From Botryllus schlosseri (lineage: Eukaryota), in assembly GCA_051294905.1 (NCBI GenBank), contig CM119372.1, positions 15,688,001-15,752,000 on the forward strand: a stretch of DNA of 64,000 bases, read 5' to 3'. A model generated the notes under the pieces. That model ran no database searches, was not told where the DNA came from, and was given only the letters and a program-made list of their open reading frames with translations. Numbering within the stretch: position 1 is the first letter of the stretch; every line of letters starts with the position of its first letter. Positions 12,847 to 25,768 of this stretch are shown one piece after another. Position numbers and translations under genes: made by a program.

Positions 12847-13601
12847 AAGGGGCTGGTCTCAACATTGATGCTACGATTCAAGTGCAGTTTTACTCTTTTG
12901 TGCGTTCTAAATGCGAACGCATTCACATCGCGATAACGTAACATCTCGATTTAGTGGAAAAGTGGTATTGTTGCGAGGGAATATTCTAACGGCCGGGTCT
13001 TCAGATTCGTAATGCTTTATTTCAGAGTTTCACACGCAAACTGCAACGTATCGACACCACAAAATAAAACGGCCTTAGGCCGGCGCTCAGACGACCAGAA
13101 AGAGCGAATCTCATGATTACAAGAAATCACGCGCACAGTTCATGACCACAGATAACATAAATAACAAAGTGTACAGCAGAACCAGGTCCGCCACAATATT
13201 GTTCTTGGGTTCGCCCTTTAATCTTTGAAGGAAATCACTGCATGATAAAGCAACGAACAACGGGAGTGCGATATCTGAGATTTTTCTACTGCAGTGATTT
13301 TAGTACTTGATTAATCGATGATACGATACGCTGAATATAAAATATTGAAGGTCTGTACCTCCAACAAGCTCTTCGAATACAAAAGAGATAATTTTCTAAA
13401 TTTTCTTTTTGTGTAATAAATTCCGGCTGGCTGGTGCGAATGAAATTTTAAAAAAGTGCGAATGGAGCTCAAAAAGGTGGAAAAGCACTGGATTACAGTC
13501 TTTCGCGATAAAGATCGTCGATTACCCAACTACGCCAACTTGAATAATATTCTTCTCTTCGACAACATGTGGAGACAAAGAGTTTCGGAGTCGGACCAAG
13601 C

Positions 13602-15476
13602 CAATGTTGGGCTGACTCGAGTTATGACTTGACTCGAGTCAACTATTTCAGATAACTCGACTTGACTCGTTTCAACTTGAAAAAATGACTTGACGTGACT
13701 CGGCGTCTCAAAAATATGGATTTACTCGTGACTCGAAGTGAAATTGTCGAGTCGATTTCAAGTTATCAAATAATCGGTGTCGACGGATTCGCTGTAGGGG
13801 AGATGTGGTACCGATGGATCACTGGGACCGAAAATACTTTGAAAATTCTCCATGATAATTCCATGATTACACTCCGTGAACTTGTCCACAATTGCTTGCT
13901 TGCAAAATCTTTCCTCATATGCAAAAACTTTCGAAGTGCGCGAGCTATGGGGTCTCTCACAGATGTTTTTTGTTTTGGGGGGTGTAAAGTAAATTTATAT
14001 CGACATATACATTTTTCTTTGTAACCTTCAACACGAACAAACCAGCCATTATTTTTATTGTGAAGTGCAGTGCTTTTAGCAGGCTATATAATGGCACCTA
14101 TTGTTTTTTTCAGTACTTTCCTTGAGTGGAATTTTTTTCGATTCATGTATAAAATTCTGATACAATAGTCAAATCAAGCAAAATAATCAAGCATACTAAT
14201 CATAAAACAAATGAAACATGCCTACGTACAGAAAATCTTTATGTAATAATTGCTTATGATGTTTTATCGCTATAACGAGGTGTTTGGAAGTCACACTGTC
14301 GATTTTCGGGCAATATGTATGTACCCTCAAATTTATAAGTCCGAGCCTAAATCGAAACGTGATTTTATGACAACATTTGAGTTAATATTTATTCTATTTC
14401 TTGACGGTTGCGATCAAACATTCTTCTTTGGCTTAATGTAGCTTAGATTATAATACTGAGCAATAAAAGTGGTCACATCTGAGGTATTTAGGGTATATGT
14501 GTCATAGGTCCCCGGGTCGTGTGCCATTGGACCCACCGGGTGGGGACCGATGACACGTTCGAGCAACAAATTTTGAACGTCCATAAATATTTTTTGAAAA
14601 GATGGATATTCATGTATATGTGCGCGATAGGCAGAGCTTGTATCAAAGTGCTGTTTTCGGCTGAACATTTTGGGGCCAGCGATCATTTTCCAATTTTTGA
14701 TCCATCGGTACCACATCTCCCCTACTTGTACGTACATGCTGATATGACATGTTGATATGTTGAGCAACTAGTCATTCAACGATTGCGCAACCTGGTTTGA
14801 CTCAGCCTCCGTCGGCAAGTCACAAATAAATTGACCGCAAACGAGATGATTAGACCTTACGTGGTCATAGACTATAGTAGTATTCTATCTGTAACAGTGC
14901 TCAGTACATAATCTTATGGAACCTCTTGCATAATTGAAATCGGACTGGTAGACTAGTTTAGATATTTATATTACCCGTCAGCAATTGGTACAGGCCTCAA
15001 TCGTATTGTATGGATATATAAGGGATTGTATATTCGATCATGTCAATTTGCTTCAACTTCTGAGATTTCATATTCTGTCATCTATTTGGCGGACAGTTAC
15101 TGACGTGGCCACATAGTTCTGCCACTTCAACGTATATGTGAGCCATACAATGCTCTGTTGAATATATATTTGCCTCGGTATTCGTTACTCAATTCATAAT
15201 TCATTGTAAATCAATGTATGCTTCAATCACCTTGCAAAATGAAATGGTTAAATCATACCTCGAACTTAGAAAATTTGACATGATATTGTGACTTGACTCA
15301 CTTGTGACTCGACTTGACTCGAGTCATTCCCAAAATTTGAGTGACTTGACTCACTTGTGACTCGACATGACTCGAGTCATCTGCAAAAATTGAGTGACTT
15401 GACTTGACTCGAGTAGGAATGTGCAAGGACTCAAATTGACTTGTGAATCGAAGGTAGTGACTTGATCCCAACACTG
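13602..15476 (-). mobile_element. hAT MITE, GACTCGAGTC/CAAGT-repeat family
   Basis: TIRs caatgttggg / cccaacactg; TSD GACCAAGC vs GATTAAGC (6/8); reverse-complement homolog of 36715-38993. Confidence 0.85.
13797..14722. mobile_element. MITE with TA target duplication (Tc1/mariner/pogo-type) nested in 13602-15476
   Basis: Perfect inverted ends ggggagatgtggtaccgatggatca, flanked by TA on both sides (target gTAc). Confidence 0.85.
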
Positions 15477-15978
15477 GATTAAGCACCTTGTCGTGCTACC
15501 TTGCTCATTTCCCACTAACATTAGACGTACTATGAATGCAATACGCCGCAGGAAAACATCAGGCAGTCGAGATATGGGTTTATCCACAAAATGATTGAAT
15601 CGAAAACGAATGACCGTGGAAGCTGCACGGTTTACCGATTCAGCTCGTTCTTGTCGCTCGCATGTCGTCAAAGGACATTGCTTGAACTTCAAGTTGAATC
15701 GAACATATTTCCAGGCCTAATGTTACCTCACGAAGTTCTGAATCTGTTGTTGATGTTGATGATTTATTGATTTCATGAATTGACAAGTCTTCAACATTTT
15801 GCATCCTGAGATTAAGCTATGAAGTTTTAAAACACCCTGGGACCGGCAGAAAAGTCGTCGCGGACCGGTGGTTGAGAACCACTGCGTCTCGATCAGTGCT
15901 TTCAAACCAGTGTGTTTTGACAGGTGCCTTGAGAGTGTCCTTTTCTGCTGTCGCAGTATCGCAATTTAAATCTCACAG

Positions 15979-16210
15979 TCACCGGAGAGAGATCATGCCA
16001 CTTCTTATCTCCAAGCTCATTTTACCGGCAAACAAACCAGGAATAACCTTTTTTGAGCTGGAAATGATATTCACTCTGCCCAACAATTTGTATTCAGCTG
16101 CACTCGAAATATGCGCTTGGGAAATTTGGTGTGCTTTCCCTTTCACACGCCCTAACAAATGCTTCAGATCACGATACCCAGTTTTCTTGCAACTATAGAC
16201 CCATCTGCTT
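15979..16210 (-). pseudogene. Fragment resembling a hAT Tip100/ZMYM1-type transposase N-terminal region
   Basis: KTGYRDLKHLLGRVKGKAHQISQAHISSAAEYKLLGRVNI resembles the G-x-x-DLKHL...KH-x-x-S-x-x-H...LLG-x-x-NI pattern. Recognised by eye only. Confidence 0.5.
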
Positions 16211-18639
16211 GTGGTAGGGGTGGTGTTGGATAAATGGCAAAGTGTGTAATTATGGCACATCATAATTGTTCGTAATTGCTTTATACCTATGATTCTGAAA
16301 TGGATGATGCCCATAAATATAGTTCAAAAGATGAATTAATTGAGCCATATAGAATGAGATTACATGTTAACTACTGTAAATGCTATAGATTGAAAGGTAA
16401 ATTATGCTGATAAAAACGTATACTTGGAAACGGCAGATCAACAAAATCCTAGTGCTACGGGCTCGTTACACGATGACTCGCTAAGTTGAATATCAGCGAC
16501 ATCGACCTGCATAACATCAAGGACAAAAATAAACTATACGTCCTTTCCTTTCAATACCAACTCGAAAGAATACCAGGCGGCTTAGAAGCATCCTACATGT
16601 CATACTCCAGCGGATCGAGATTGTGATATCCCCAATTCACAGCCCGGAAATTCATATTATCGTGAATTAACCACATCAGTTGGATCGTTAATGTACGTTC
16701 GCCAACCAGACACGTTGGTCTTAATATATGGACTACCACCCTCGCAAAAACTGCGATCAAAATTAAATAAAAATTTAACATTAATTTACAGAAATAAGTC
16801 TAATTGTAATCTCAATTACAAGATAACGGTATATTCATAGAGTCGGTTTAGGCCGTTTGGATGCTTTATTCGAAGATAGTGGTTCTAAACCTGGGGGTAG
16901 TTTGCCTTTATCCCGGGGTTCGCGAAGGTGTTGAACGTAATCAAATCAGCTTCGAAAATAGGACGTGTGAAATGGAAACCACCGGATGTGCGGTGTCTAT
17001 ATAGCTCAGTGGTGCGGTGAGCAGATGCATTAGGCTGATAAATAATCTTATCAGTGTGACATGAACATGACTTAATGATGTACAATTACGCTCCTTGCAT
17101 TTTCGAAGTCATAATCCTCCACCAGCACTACCGCTAACTCTGATTGCGTGGGCGGAGAGAGGATCAAATTATATAGTAATATATGGAAGAACCGATATTA
17201 TGCATATAATTCATAAAAATCATGTAACTACCAGATGCATATAGAAACCAGATGCACATAGTCAGCCACCAGAAGTTGTATCGATTACCCTACGGTGGGC
17301 CGAAGATCAGTGTCTATTTTGTGGGACGGGAAAAATGTGGCTTCGGCCCTGGTTACAACTTACAACACACAACCACGTACTCCTGAACCGGATCGTGACC
17401 ACCTCTAGTCGTTAGACAAAGCTTTGCTGGTGTGACGTCATATTGACCGTCAATGTGCTGATACCCCATTTTGAAATCCGCCAGTGGGCGCTAAAAAGCG
17501 TCCGGAATTTGGGTTACAAAAATATGGTAACCCTAGTCCACACGTAATTAAATTAACGTGTCTTGGCGGCCGTCAATATGCCATTTCAATATACGAATTG
17601 ATTCCCAAATATTTGAGAGATTTCAATTCAACCTCTTAACGCTTAGCGCGATTCAGGGTGACTGGATTTCTCGTTTTTTTTTTAACATTATAGTGTCCGT
17701 GCAGTCGGAGCCCCACTGTACAAATGCGAAGCGCAGAGAAGAATGATGCGATCCATAAAGATACCAAATTGGAATCGTGTGCGTCTCACGAACAGAGGTT
17801 TTTCTGCTACGTTTGGGCGATTCCAATATATTTTGACTATACCGACAATCCTGATGGGAGGTGAAGAAATAAAAAAAAAATAAAAAAAGGTGATTAATAA
17901 AAACCGGAAGATATAACATCAATATATATTTTCGTGCCCAAATTTTTCGCAGACACCGTTTCAATCAGCTCTACTAGTTAATCTGATCACATGGGCTGCA
18001 AATGAATAAAATTTGACAGCAATTTGTGAAACTACCAACATTATCGACGAAATTCATTCAAGAGATATATAGAACATTTTTTCGCGCGATTAGAAGTTTG
18101 ATCTCAATAGCTTTTCCGGGCATATATACGCGCGACTTGGTGCACATAGTGGGCCTGCGGGGATGTTCTGCTTCTTCAATTAGAAACTTTTATACGCAGG
18201 GTATATCTGAAGAAATCAGTGATGCCACATAAAACTCCAAGGGTTCTCTGCGGCGCAATGTCCCCAGTACCCAATTCCACATGAGTAGGCTATTTGTCGT
18301 CTAGCTGAGCCTTGACGACTCCACTAGAATGCGGCCGTATGCTATATATGTAATGGAAATTCGGCTTAGTACGGAATCGGCGTAATATGTATTCAGGGGT
18401 GCACGAGTTTTGAGTGATCTTGGAAAGTGTATACCACGCCGAAAAAGGTTGAAGAGCACCGACCTATTGTATCAACTGAAACAATCAAATGCTATAATAA
18501 TTCCACAAGATCGATTTACCAACAAATTCGACGAGGACTCTGATAAACCGGACAGGTGTATTTTTAAGAGTGAAACATCGGTTTCCGTACTTGCGCCCGA
18601 TATTATCTCAAAGATTCACAAACGGCAAGCTTAATATTA

Positions 18640-18861
18640 CGAGCAAAATTTTGAGCGAATTAATGTTTGAAATTGGCTAGGTGCACGCTCGTTTAGTGCT
18701 GAATTTCTTTTCATGCGGCCAGCGCCACGCGGAAAGTGGTCCGAAGATGAAATGCAAAGAATTTCAACCGCAGACCTTATAATGACGTGTAAAATTGTAT
18801 TACATGAAAAAAGTTCACAGTGCAGAACGCGAACGTGAACCTCACGTTGACACCATCCCTA
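18640..18861 (+). mobile_element. Right-end remnant of the TAGGGATG-TIR hAT MITE
   Basis: Matches ~6405-6688 and ends gttgacaccatcccta. Confidence 0.8.
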
Positions 18862-19534
18862 TAGTATCCACCCATGGGAGAAAAATACCAGCATTTGCCT
18901 ACGTATTTCCAAAGCGAGATATATTTATTTTTAATAAAATGGAATTATTAAAAAAGTAACATTCGCTGAAATTTCATTTTAGTCCATTTTTAATTAATTC
19001 CAGTAGTCGCAAGAGCGGTTATAAATTGCAGTCCTAGGATCCAATATATATTTGGCATATGCATAAAATAATTGTTTCACATTTCCTCATGTCCCAAAAG
19101 GCGCCACGGTCCACAGGAACCCCTGACCTAGATGAACTTCCAACAGTTCGGTAGGAATTCACGATCAAATCTCGTATTTTAGTCGATTGATTTCAATAAA
19201 TTACTACCACAGCCTTCGAAACGACATCGGTAGCTCCTTAATTTTGGTACTTCGTAAAGTGTCAAATTGTAACTGATGTAATCTAGTTTTGTGCTCCCGC
19301 CATCCGCTCCCCAACAGAATCGACAGCAGCCTATAACGATGTGTGCTTCCCGAAATATACGAGATAAGCCGGGATATTTGTGCAGACGTTGTCGACGTAG
19401 GTCAACATTCTTGCTTAATTTACAAAATTTAATAGCTCACGATGATACCGACAACATTGAATTATTCCAGGTGGTTACACGAAAATGCGGTCATTCTAAA
19501 TTGAAATTCACCAAATTAATACATCCTTCTCCTC

Positions 19535-19572
19535 TATATAAGGACACTCGCAACAAGGCTGATTTACAGTTC
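19535..19572 (+). promoter_or_regulatory. TATA box and initiator-like element of the lectin gene
   Basis: TATATAA at 19535-19541; tacagtt about 30 bp downstream; ATG at 19616. Confidence 0.65.
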
Positions 19573-19615
19573 AAAACATAAAGCTTGTGAGTGCAGAAGG
19601 TTAAGCGAACGAAAC

Positions 19616-21909
19616 ATGTATCTGCCTAAAATCCTCGTTCTAGTCGCGCTCGTGTCGATATGCCAGGCGACCTACTCGACCTACGGTGTGATATATAAAA
19701 TATACATTTACGCATGTTTCGAACCCGATGACTGTCTTTATGCTATTTGCGGATCGTTTCCCAGTGTCGAGTGGGATAAAATCAGACTTCGATGAACTTT
19801 CGAACAACTGAAATATGCAAACAACGTGCATGATTTTCCGTCTCATATTATTTCGCGGTAATGGGTCTCCGGTCGCTTAAGAATTGCAAAATTGAAATGG
19901 GATCGTTATAGCTTACATGTTGTACCGTGATTCCACACGTGCAACACTATACAATGCATAAAACATATCATTTTGGAAGTACGAATTTCATAAATATGTT
20001 AATTCAGCGCGATGCCGTAACGACCACGACTGCGGGGACAGCGGGAAATGCAAAGATGGACGCTGCGTTTGTAAAGGAGGCTACAATATGGTTGACGGGA
20101 AGTGCGTCGGTGAGTATAGAATTACGTCTGCCTGATTATATAGCCATATGCTACGATGGAGATACCGAACATGTGTAATAGAGCGTTGGATAAAAAAAAT
20201 CTCACAAGTGTTTTAAAGACTTCGTGATTAACATTGAGGAGCGCTATTTGAATATATCACATTACAAAATTATTATTTATATTACGCTTGAACCCGAATC
20301 TTCGACCATATAAACCATCCAAATCGTCATGGATTTTCAGTCAGCAGTGTGGTGCTATATACGCCTGTGTTCTGGGGGGGGGCGTAAATGTATCTTAATT
20401 TCACATGTCCAGCCCTAAGCAGAGAACATATCTTGAATTTGAAATTACAACATAATATGTATACGCTAATAATTCAGTGCTATGCTGCAACGACAACGAA
20501 TGTGGGGACAACGAGAGATGTAAAGATAAACGATGCGTTTGTGAAAAAGACTTCAAGTTGGTGGATGGAAAATGTGTTTGCAAGGATGGATATAGCAAAT
20601 TTGACGGCCGTTGTGTCCGTAAGTAGATGTCCGACCTATAGCGCCTACAAGGGAAGAAATCTAGAAATCTATTTTAAAATTCAGGAGGTGATTGAAAAGC
20701 CATACAAGCGACAGGGCGCGGTATGTTAGATGTAATACCCTTATTGTACTGATGGTTAACTAGTTATCCTGCCACACTAATTGACATTGTATTGATTCAA
20801 CGATCGCTTGTAATAGCAGCTTATGGATAACACTTTTTGACGCCAAATATAACAACATAAAATGATACCGAAATCGTCAAATATGTCCGATCTGACACAA
20901 AATAAACAGAAAAAAAGTAATGAATTTTTCAAGTGTGTTCACGATTTTACTGTACTCCGTGATTATGATAACAAATATCATCGTAAAACATCGAGTGATG
21001 ATAAAAATTAAAATGGTTATCAAGAGCATCATTACTCCCATCAGACACACATGGAAAATATATACCTTGTACATCGTTTAAGTTTCACATAGCGGCAGAA
21101 AACCAGCTTGTTGTTCTCGGAAATTAAATCATGAATACGAATAACAATTCTTCCTAGGAGGTATGGTGCGTAGAGCTTGTGAACATAAAAAAGGTCTCGA
21201 TATTTCGTGCCCGCACGGTCAGAGGATCAAAATAGTCGCTGCGTTATACGGAAGAACCGAGAAAAATGAGTGAGTAGATGCATGGTATTACGGTACGGAA
21301 ATATTGCTCACAATTACATTCCTTCTATCGCTGGTACCTGTTAAGGGTCTGAGTGTTCCGAATGCTTGATCCGCCATTGGTACCTTGGTTGGCTCGATGG
21401 TGGATCGAGGATAAGTGGGCTGGCCATATTGCTATACGGGAATAAATCGCATTACACTACTACCGAAAAATGGAACGACGCTTCGACAAAGAGAGTTGTA
21501 GATTAAATTTTTAATATCCACTTCATATAAGGATGCGAACAGCGTGTTGTTATCTTATACCACTGGAACTCGAATGGTCGCAGAGCGGAGTTCGACCGAG
21601 GATGACCCAGAATCGCTTCTTAAGTTGGCTATTAGAGGCTTATGCTGTGGCGGTGCTGACCATAGATTGATAGCGACACGTGTATTAACTTTGACACCAC
21701 TTTATTCTATTCACCTACATTTTGTAAACAGATGCCCCAACAGCGGGCCGAAGAAAACGGACTGCCGCGCCTCAAGCAGCTACAAAGTCGTATCGCACAA
21801 GTGCAACGGACGGTATAAATGTCACGTACAAGCCAGTAACACCTTGTTCGGAGATCCATGTCATGGAACCATTAAATACTTGGAAGTAGCATACATTTGC
21901 GTCTACTAA
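19616..21909 (+). CDS. Secreted SUEL/rhamnose-binding-lectin-domain protein with N-terminal Cys-rich EGF/EB-like modules; 200 aa; exons 19616-19685, 20008-20109, 20478-20618, 21158-21269, 21732-21909
   Basis: All introns are GT-AG (phases 1,1,1,2) and give a 603-nt uninterrupted frame. Signal peptide MYLPKILVLVALVSICQA. Modules CRNDHDCGDSGKCKDGRCVCKGGYNMVDGKC and CCNDNECGDNERCKDKRCVCEKDFKLVDGKCVCKDGYSKFDGRC. Eight-Cys SUEL domain with ACE, YGR, FGDPC and KYL motifs. ATTAAA at 22032-22037. Confidence 0.92.
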
Positions 21910-22176
21910 GCGGAGCGATCGAATTGCTATTGGCGTTTGCCGCTGCTGTGTACAGAGTACATGGTCGGATAATATACACATTTAAACTGCATTCGGTTGA
22001 CTTCTTGTATGCGTATGTGTATCGGGGGATTATTAAAATCAGAGATAGTTCTGCAGTGATAACGCAACGGTAATACGGATTTACTAGACAGTTCTAGTGT
22101 GATTGTTTTAAGTTCAGCTTAGTCGTGATTTACAACCGCGGTGAAGAAAGAAGGCTCTTGATTCAATCGTATAAAG

Positions 22177-22362
22177 CAGTGGTTCTTAACCTTGCCTCCA
22201 GCCCCCCCCCCCCCAGGGGCGCTGGAGATTTTGAAGGGGGCGGAACGCTCAGGGGGCGCTGGGCTCAGGGGGGCGCTGAAGGAAAATGGCTTCGCAGTAG
22301 ATGATGTAGTAGTAGGACATATCCTTAATGAGTATTCAGAGCAAATCAACATTCCACAAAAC
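22177..22362. mobile_element. Left-end fragment of the 4265-6808 hAT family
   Basis: Near-identical to 4265-4480. Confidence 0.85.
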
Positions 22363-22596
22363 AAGCGACGTGGGTAACGAAATGTACGGCATTTGATCGA
22401 CACAAGAGTCAGTTCGCGTACTATCGGTTCACGGTCGCCATCATCAAGAAGTTTACCAGGTATACGTCGATCGGTTCAGGCGTCATACGGACCCAAAATT
22501 TCGCGTGGTCACGAATAAGTGAGATCGAGTGATCTAGAGCAGGGGTTCACAACATGAGCGATACCGACCCCAGCCGGCGATTTGAGATACAGAGGG

Positions 22597-22857
22597 GTAT
22601 TGTATTGTATTGTTTTGATAGGGCACATCAGTGGTGCTTACAGCCTTATGAGGCTTTGTGCTCCACGACAATGGCACGATAGCAATTTCAACAGTTCAAT
22701 GCATTTTTTCATGACGACTTTTCTTGCACTCTCTCTTCCACGAATCACTATCTCTCTTTTTTCCATGCGCTTTCCTTCATTGGATCATTGCTGCCGACTT
22801 TCAAGCTAGGCTCAATGTACTTTCTGGGCTTTGGCACTGCAATCGCAACAGTGGGGT
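22597..22857 (-). mobile_element. Headless SINE-related copy with a (CAATA)n tail
   Basis: Shares body motifs (aaagcccaga, aagtcggcagc, gtggaagagag) with 22858-23197; gtattgtattgtattg at the left end. Confidence 0.55.
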
Positions 22858-23197
22858 GTTTGTTTGTTTAATTCACGACGCTTTTAAACTCTGAGGTCAT
22901 TTGCAACAGCAATCTTTGTGATGTCTTTTCAATCGTATTACGGAAGACTTCAATTCACGCTCTCTTCCACTATCAGTCTCCCTCGTTTTTTGCGCGCCCA
23001 TAACTCGAGTCATAGCTGCCGACTTTTTGGCTCGACTAACCATCAATCTGGGCTTTTTCGTACAGTGCAATTGCAGCGAGGGTAGCGATAAGGAGCCCAG
23101 GTAAACATACGACACATAGAAGTTGATCCGAACCGGGTTTCGAACCACTGCCATTGGTGTCGTGACGCTGGTGCTTAACCAACTACGCCACTCGCTT
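22858..23197 (-). mobile_element. tRNA-derived SINE
   Basis: Minus strand has A box TGGCGTAGTTGG (23190-23179) and B box GGTTCGAAACC (23146-23136) at tRNA spacing. Stems do not pair. A ~260 bp body follows, ending in (AAAC)n. Confidence 0.78.
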
Positions 23198-24548
23198 CTT
23201 TAAAGAGTGGGGTGTAAATACCGAAGGGGCGAAAACGTACGACGGGGGCGATAGGGGACGAAAATGTTTAGTCAGATATATTTAATTACCCGGCAGACGG
23301 ATGCCGGCGCTAATACTTGAAAAACGGGCTATTCTGGAACTGCCAGAAGGTTGACTAAAATAGAGCTCAACTCGCCACATATACTTTTGTTTCAATCAAT
23401 TTACCATCAATCAGAGTTAGCTGTACATATTTCCTGTTTATATGCCCTCTTTCTTGGATCCGGAAGTATGGAAGGGGGCGAGAAATATGCGTCGAGCTTG
23501 AGAAGGGGACTATGAGTCGAAAAAGGTTGGGAACCATTGATATAGAGGGACCATTATTCCGTATAATGACACTTACGTACAATTATCAAAATCAGCGGTT
23601 TCAGGCACAACTTGGGTATCGGGCGGGATTCAAACCTTTTCATCGCTTGCGGACCCGGACCTGTCAAATGATTCCAGGTACCTCCAAATCCATACCTTTG
23701 TTTTTCACTGGAGTGCTTCATTATCAAGCCTGTACATAATAGATAATCATATCATAGATCATACGGGCTCTATATACTTGCAACACTTTTATTTACCAAC
23801 AACGGAATTGGGTGTTTCCGCCTCTGTGAATAGCTATTCCAGTTTCCAGAAACTCCTAGCCCTAGCGTGTAAATCAATGATTCCCAAAGTGGGCGCCAGC
23901 GAGTCAGAGACTTTCCTAGGGGTGTTAGCGACCGCAAATCAACAAATCATTTGAAAACACTCAATGGTCATGAGTCACAATCGATATTTATTGACAGTGA
24001 GTTTTAAGCTTATATCCAAAAGCCCGTATGAAACCGAGAACAATCAATTTTCTAGGTCATGACAGCTATGTGCGAATATGATATTGAACTTGGGCAAAGC
24101 GTGCTCAGTGAAATGGCACGACCAGTGAACTCGTAAACCAGTGTTTCCCAAACAGTTTTTACGCAATGTCCTCTGGGCCGCAAATCCGGTATCAACGCCC
24201 CCTAACCTCCACCTATTTCGTACAAAAGACTTTTGGTTCATTGCACAGCAGTCACTGCACTATCGCGTAAACTTTTCGTGTTAATCCAATTTATTGGAAG
24301 CCCGATACACGTTATGTAGGCTACTCTATGTCAGATTCCTATTTTTTTTAAAGAATTCTAGGACAGACACAATCAGTGAAAACATTCATACAAGGTAATA
24401 TCTCTTCCAAATAATCATACTTCGTCGTGGTGCGATATGTGTAGCGGTCGATGCAACGACTTGTTGCAAGACACGCTGGTATATTGCTTGATTGGAGTCG
24501 ACGCTACGGCTACAGTTCCTGTTGTACGCACTAGTCGACTGACTAATG

Positions 24549-25768
24549 CAGGGGTGGGCAACATACGGCCCGCGGGCCGGATCCGGCCCGTGAAGGGATT
24601 TTGTCCGGCCCGCGGAGAGTTTTCCGTCTAACATGATAATGTGGCCCGCGGCCCCAGTCTGCCGAGCTTTCCCACTACTTGCTTACTACCTCCAAATTTA
24701 GTGACTGTATGTTATGATATACTTGTATGCGCAGAGTGCGAGAGTGGAGGTTACGCATAAGTTTACCGAAGCGAGAAGATTTGCATTATCGGCATTTACG
24801 ATGTACTCAACCATAATGTCGTTTGTGGTAATCATGGTGTTTGTCGACTACAATGGTAATTTACACCTGGCTGATATTTCTTATTTTTTATTCCGTAACC
24901 GCCGACTTATTGTACCACGGCACACTTCTAGGCTTTTAAATAGTATATTCATATTGAAATGAACCCGAATATTTTCGGCTGACACTCGTCAGGGGTAATC
25001 GTCAGCAACTAGTAGAGAATTGGAAAGAACATTGTATATCAACAATCGTATCACAAAATATCACGTCACCAGCATGAAATTTCGAATGAGAGAGCGTTCA
25101 ATGTACTATTTTTATGTGATACACGAACTCCTTTTGTTGACAGAGTTTTGGTTGGTGTATTTTGATAAAAGTTGATTCCAAGGCACACAAATGAAATTTT
25201 TTGGTTTGAACACAACCCTAATTGTGGAGATATTTTTGTGGCAATTCTTTGTTGGAAATGTGCTAGATATTATAAGCATTTCCCATTTACTTATAATTGT
25301 TTCGGGTGCCGGATGAAATCCTCTGGCTGATTTTTCTTTTATTATTAATATTATATTATTACGTCACACATAGCGAATTTGGTTTTCGTTTGAATCTCTT
25401 TCTATATGCTTCTTATTGTACCGTTAACTCTTGTTAAGGGGCAAACGAAATGTATTTGCGGTAATAAATTATATTGCAATGCATGCAGTTCTGAAAGGCG
25501 GACTCATTTATTTTACCAAAGTATGCCAAGTACAACATAAATTTATTCAAATTTTTAATAATTTTATTTTTTCGTGCTAGCTGGCGGGAATATAACAAAA
25601 GTAAATCGCATTTTCACGATGTGTGTGGAATGCCAGTCTGCAAGGTCCCGTTAAATAAGACCTATACTTAGAAATACATTGAATAACCCTATTGTTGAAG
25701 TTGCGGCCCGCGACGTCATCTATGACTGGGAGATTGAGTCGCGAGCACATTTGAGTTTAAGATCCCTG
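24549..25768. mobile_element. Charlie-type hAT remnant(s), probably composite
   Basis: Left TIR caggggtgggcaac with ggcccgcgggccgg motifs; 25600-25768 resembles 9680-9869. Flanks do not form a TSD. Confidence 0.6.

Larger units (their letters stand above)
22540..23539. mobile_element. hAT MITE (55845 family) carrying nested SINEs
   Basis: Ends caggggttcacaac / gttgggaaccattg; TSD ATCTAGAG vs ATATAGAG (7/8); right arm similar to 56165-56232. Confidence 0.75.

Noticed and set aside
15894..18461. One element bounded by cagtgctttcaa / ttgaagagcaccg
   Set aside because: The flanks GTCTCGAT and ACCTATTG do not form a TSD, so pairing is unsupported.
21544..21731. N-terminal part of the 121-aa track ORF
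   Set aside because: It is intronic. The exon begins at 21732 after tttgtaaacag and joins exon 4 in phase 2.
23125..23197. tRNA gene on the minus strand
   Set aside because: A and B boxes are present, but the acceptor, anticodon and T stems do not pair and a SINE-like body and tail follow.
22177..23539. One single hAT element
   Set aside because: The right end pairs better with the terminus at 22540 (TSD 7/8 and same family as 55845-56232) than with 22177 (6/8, different family).
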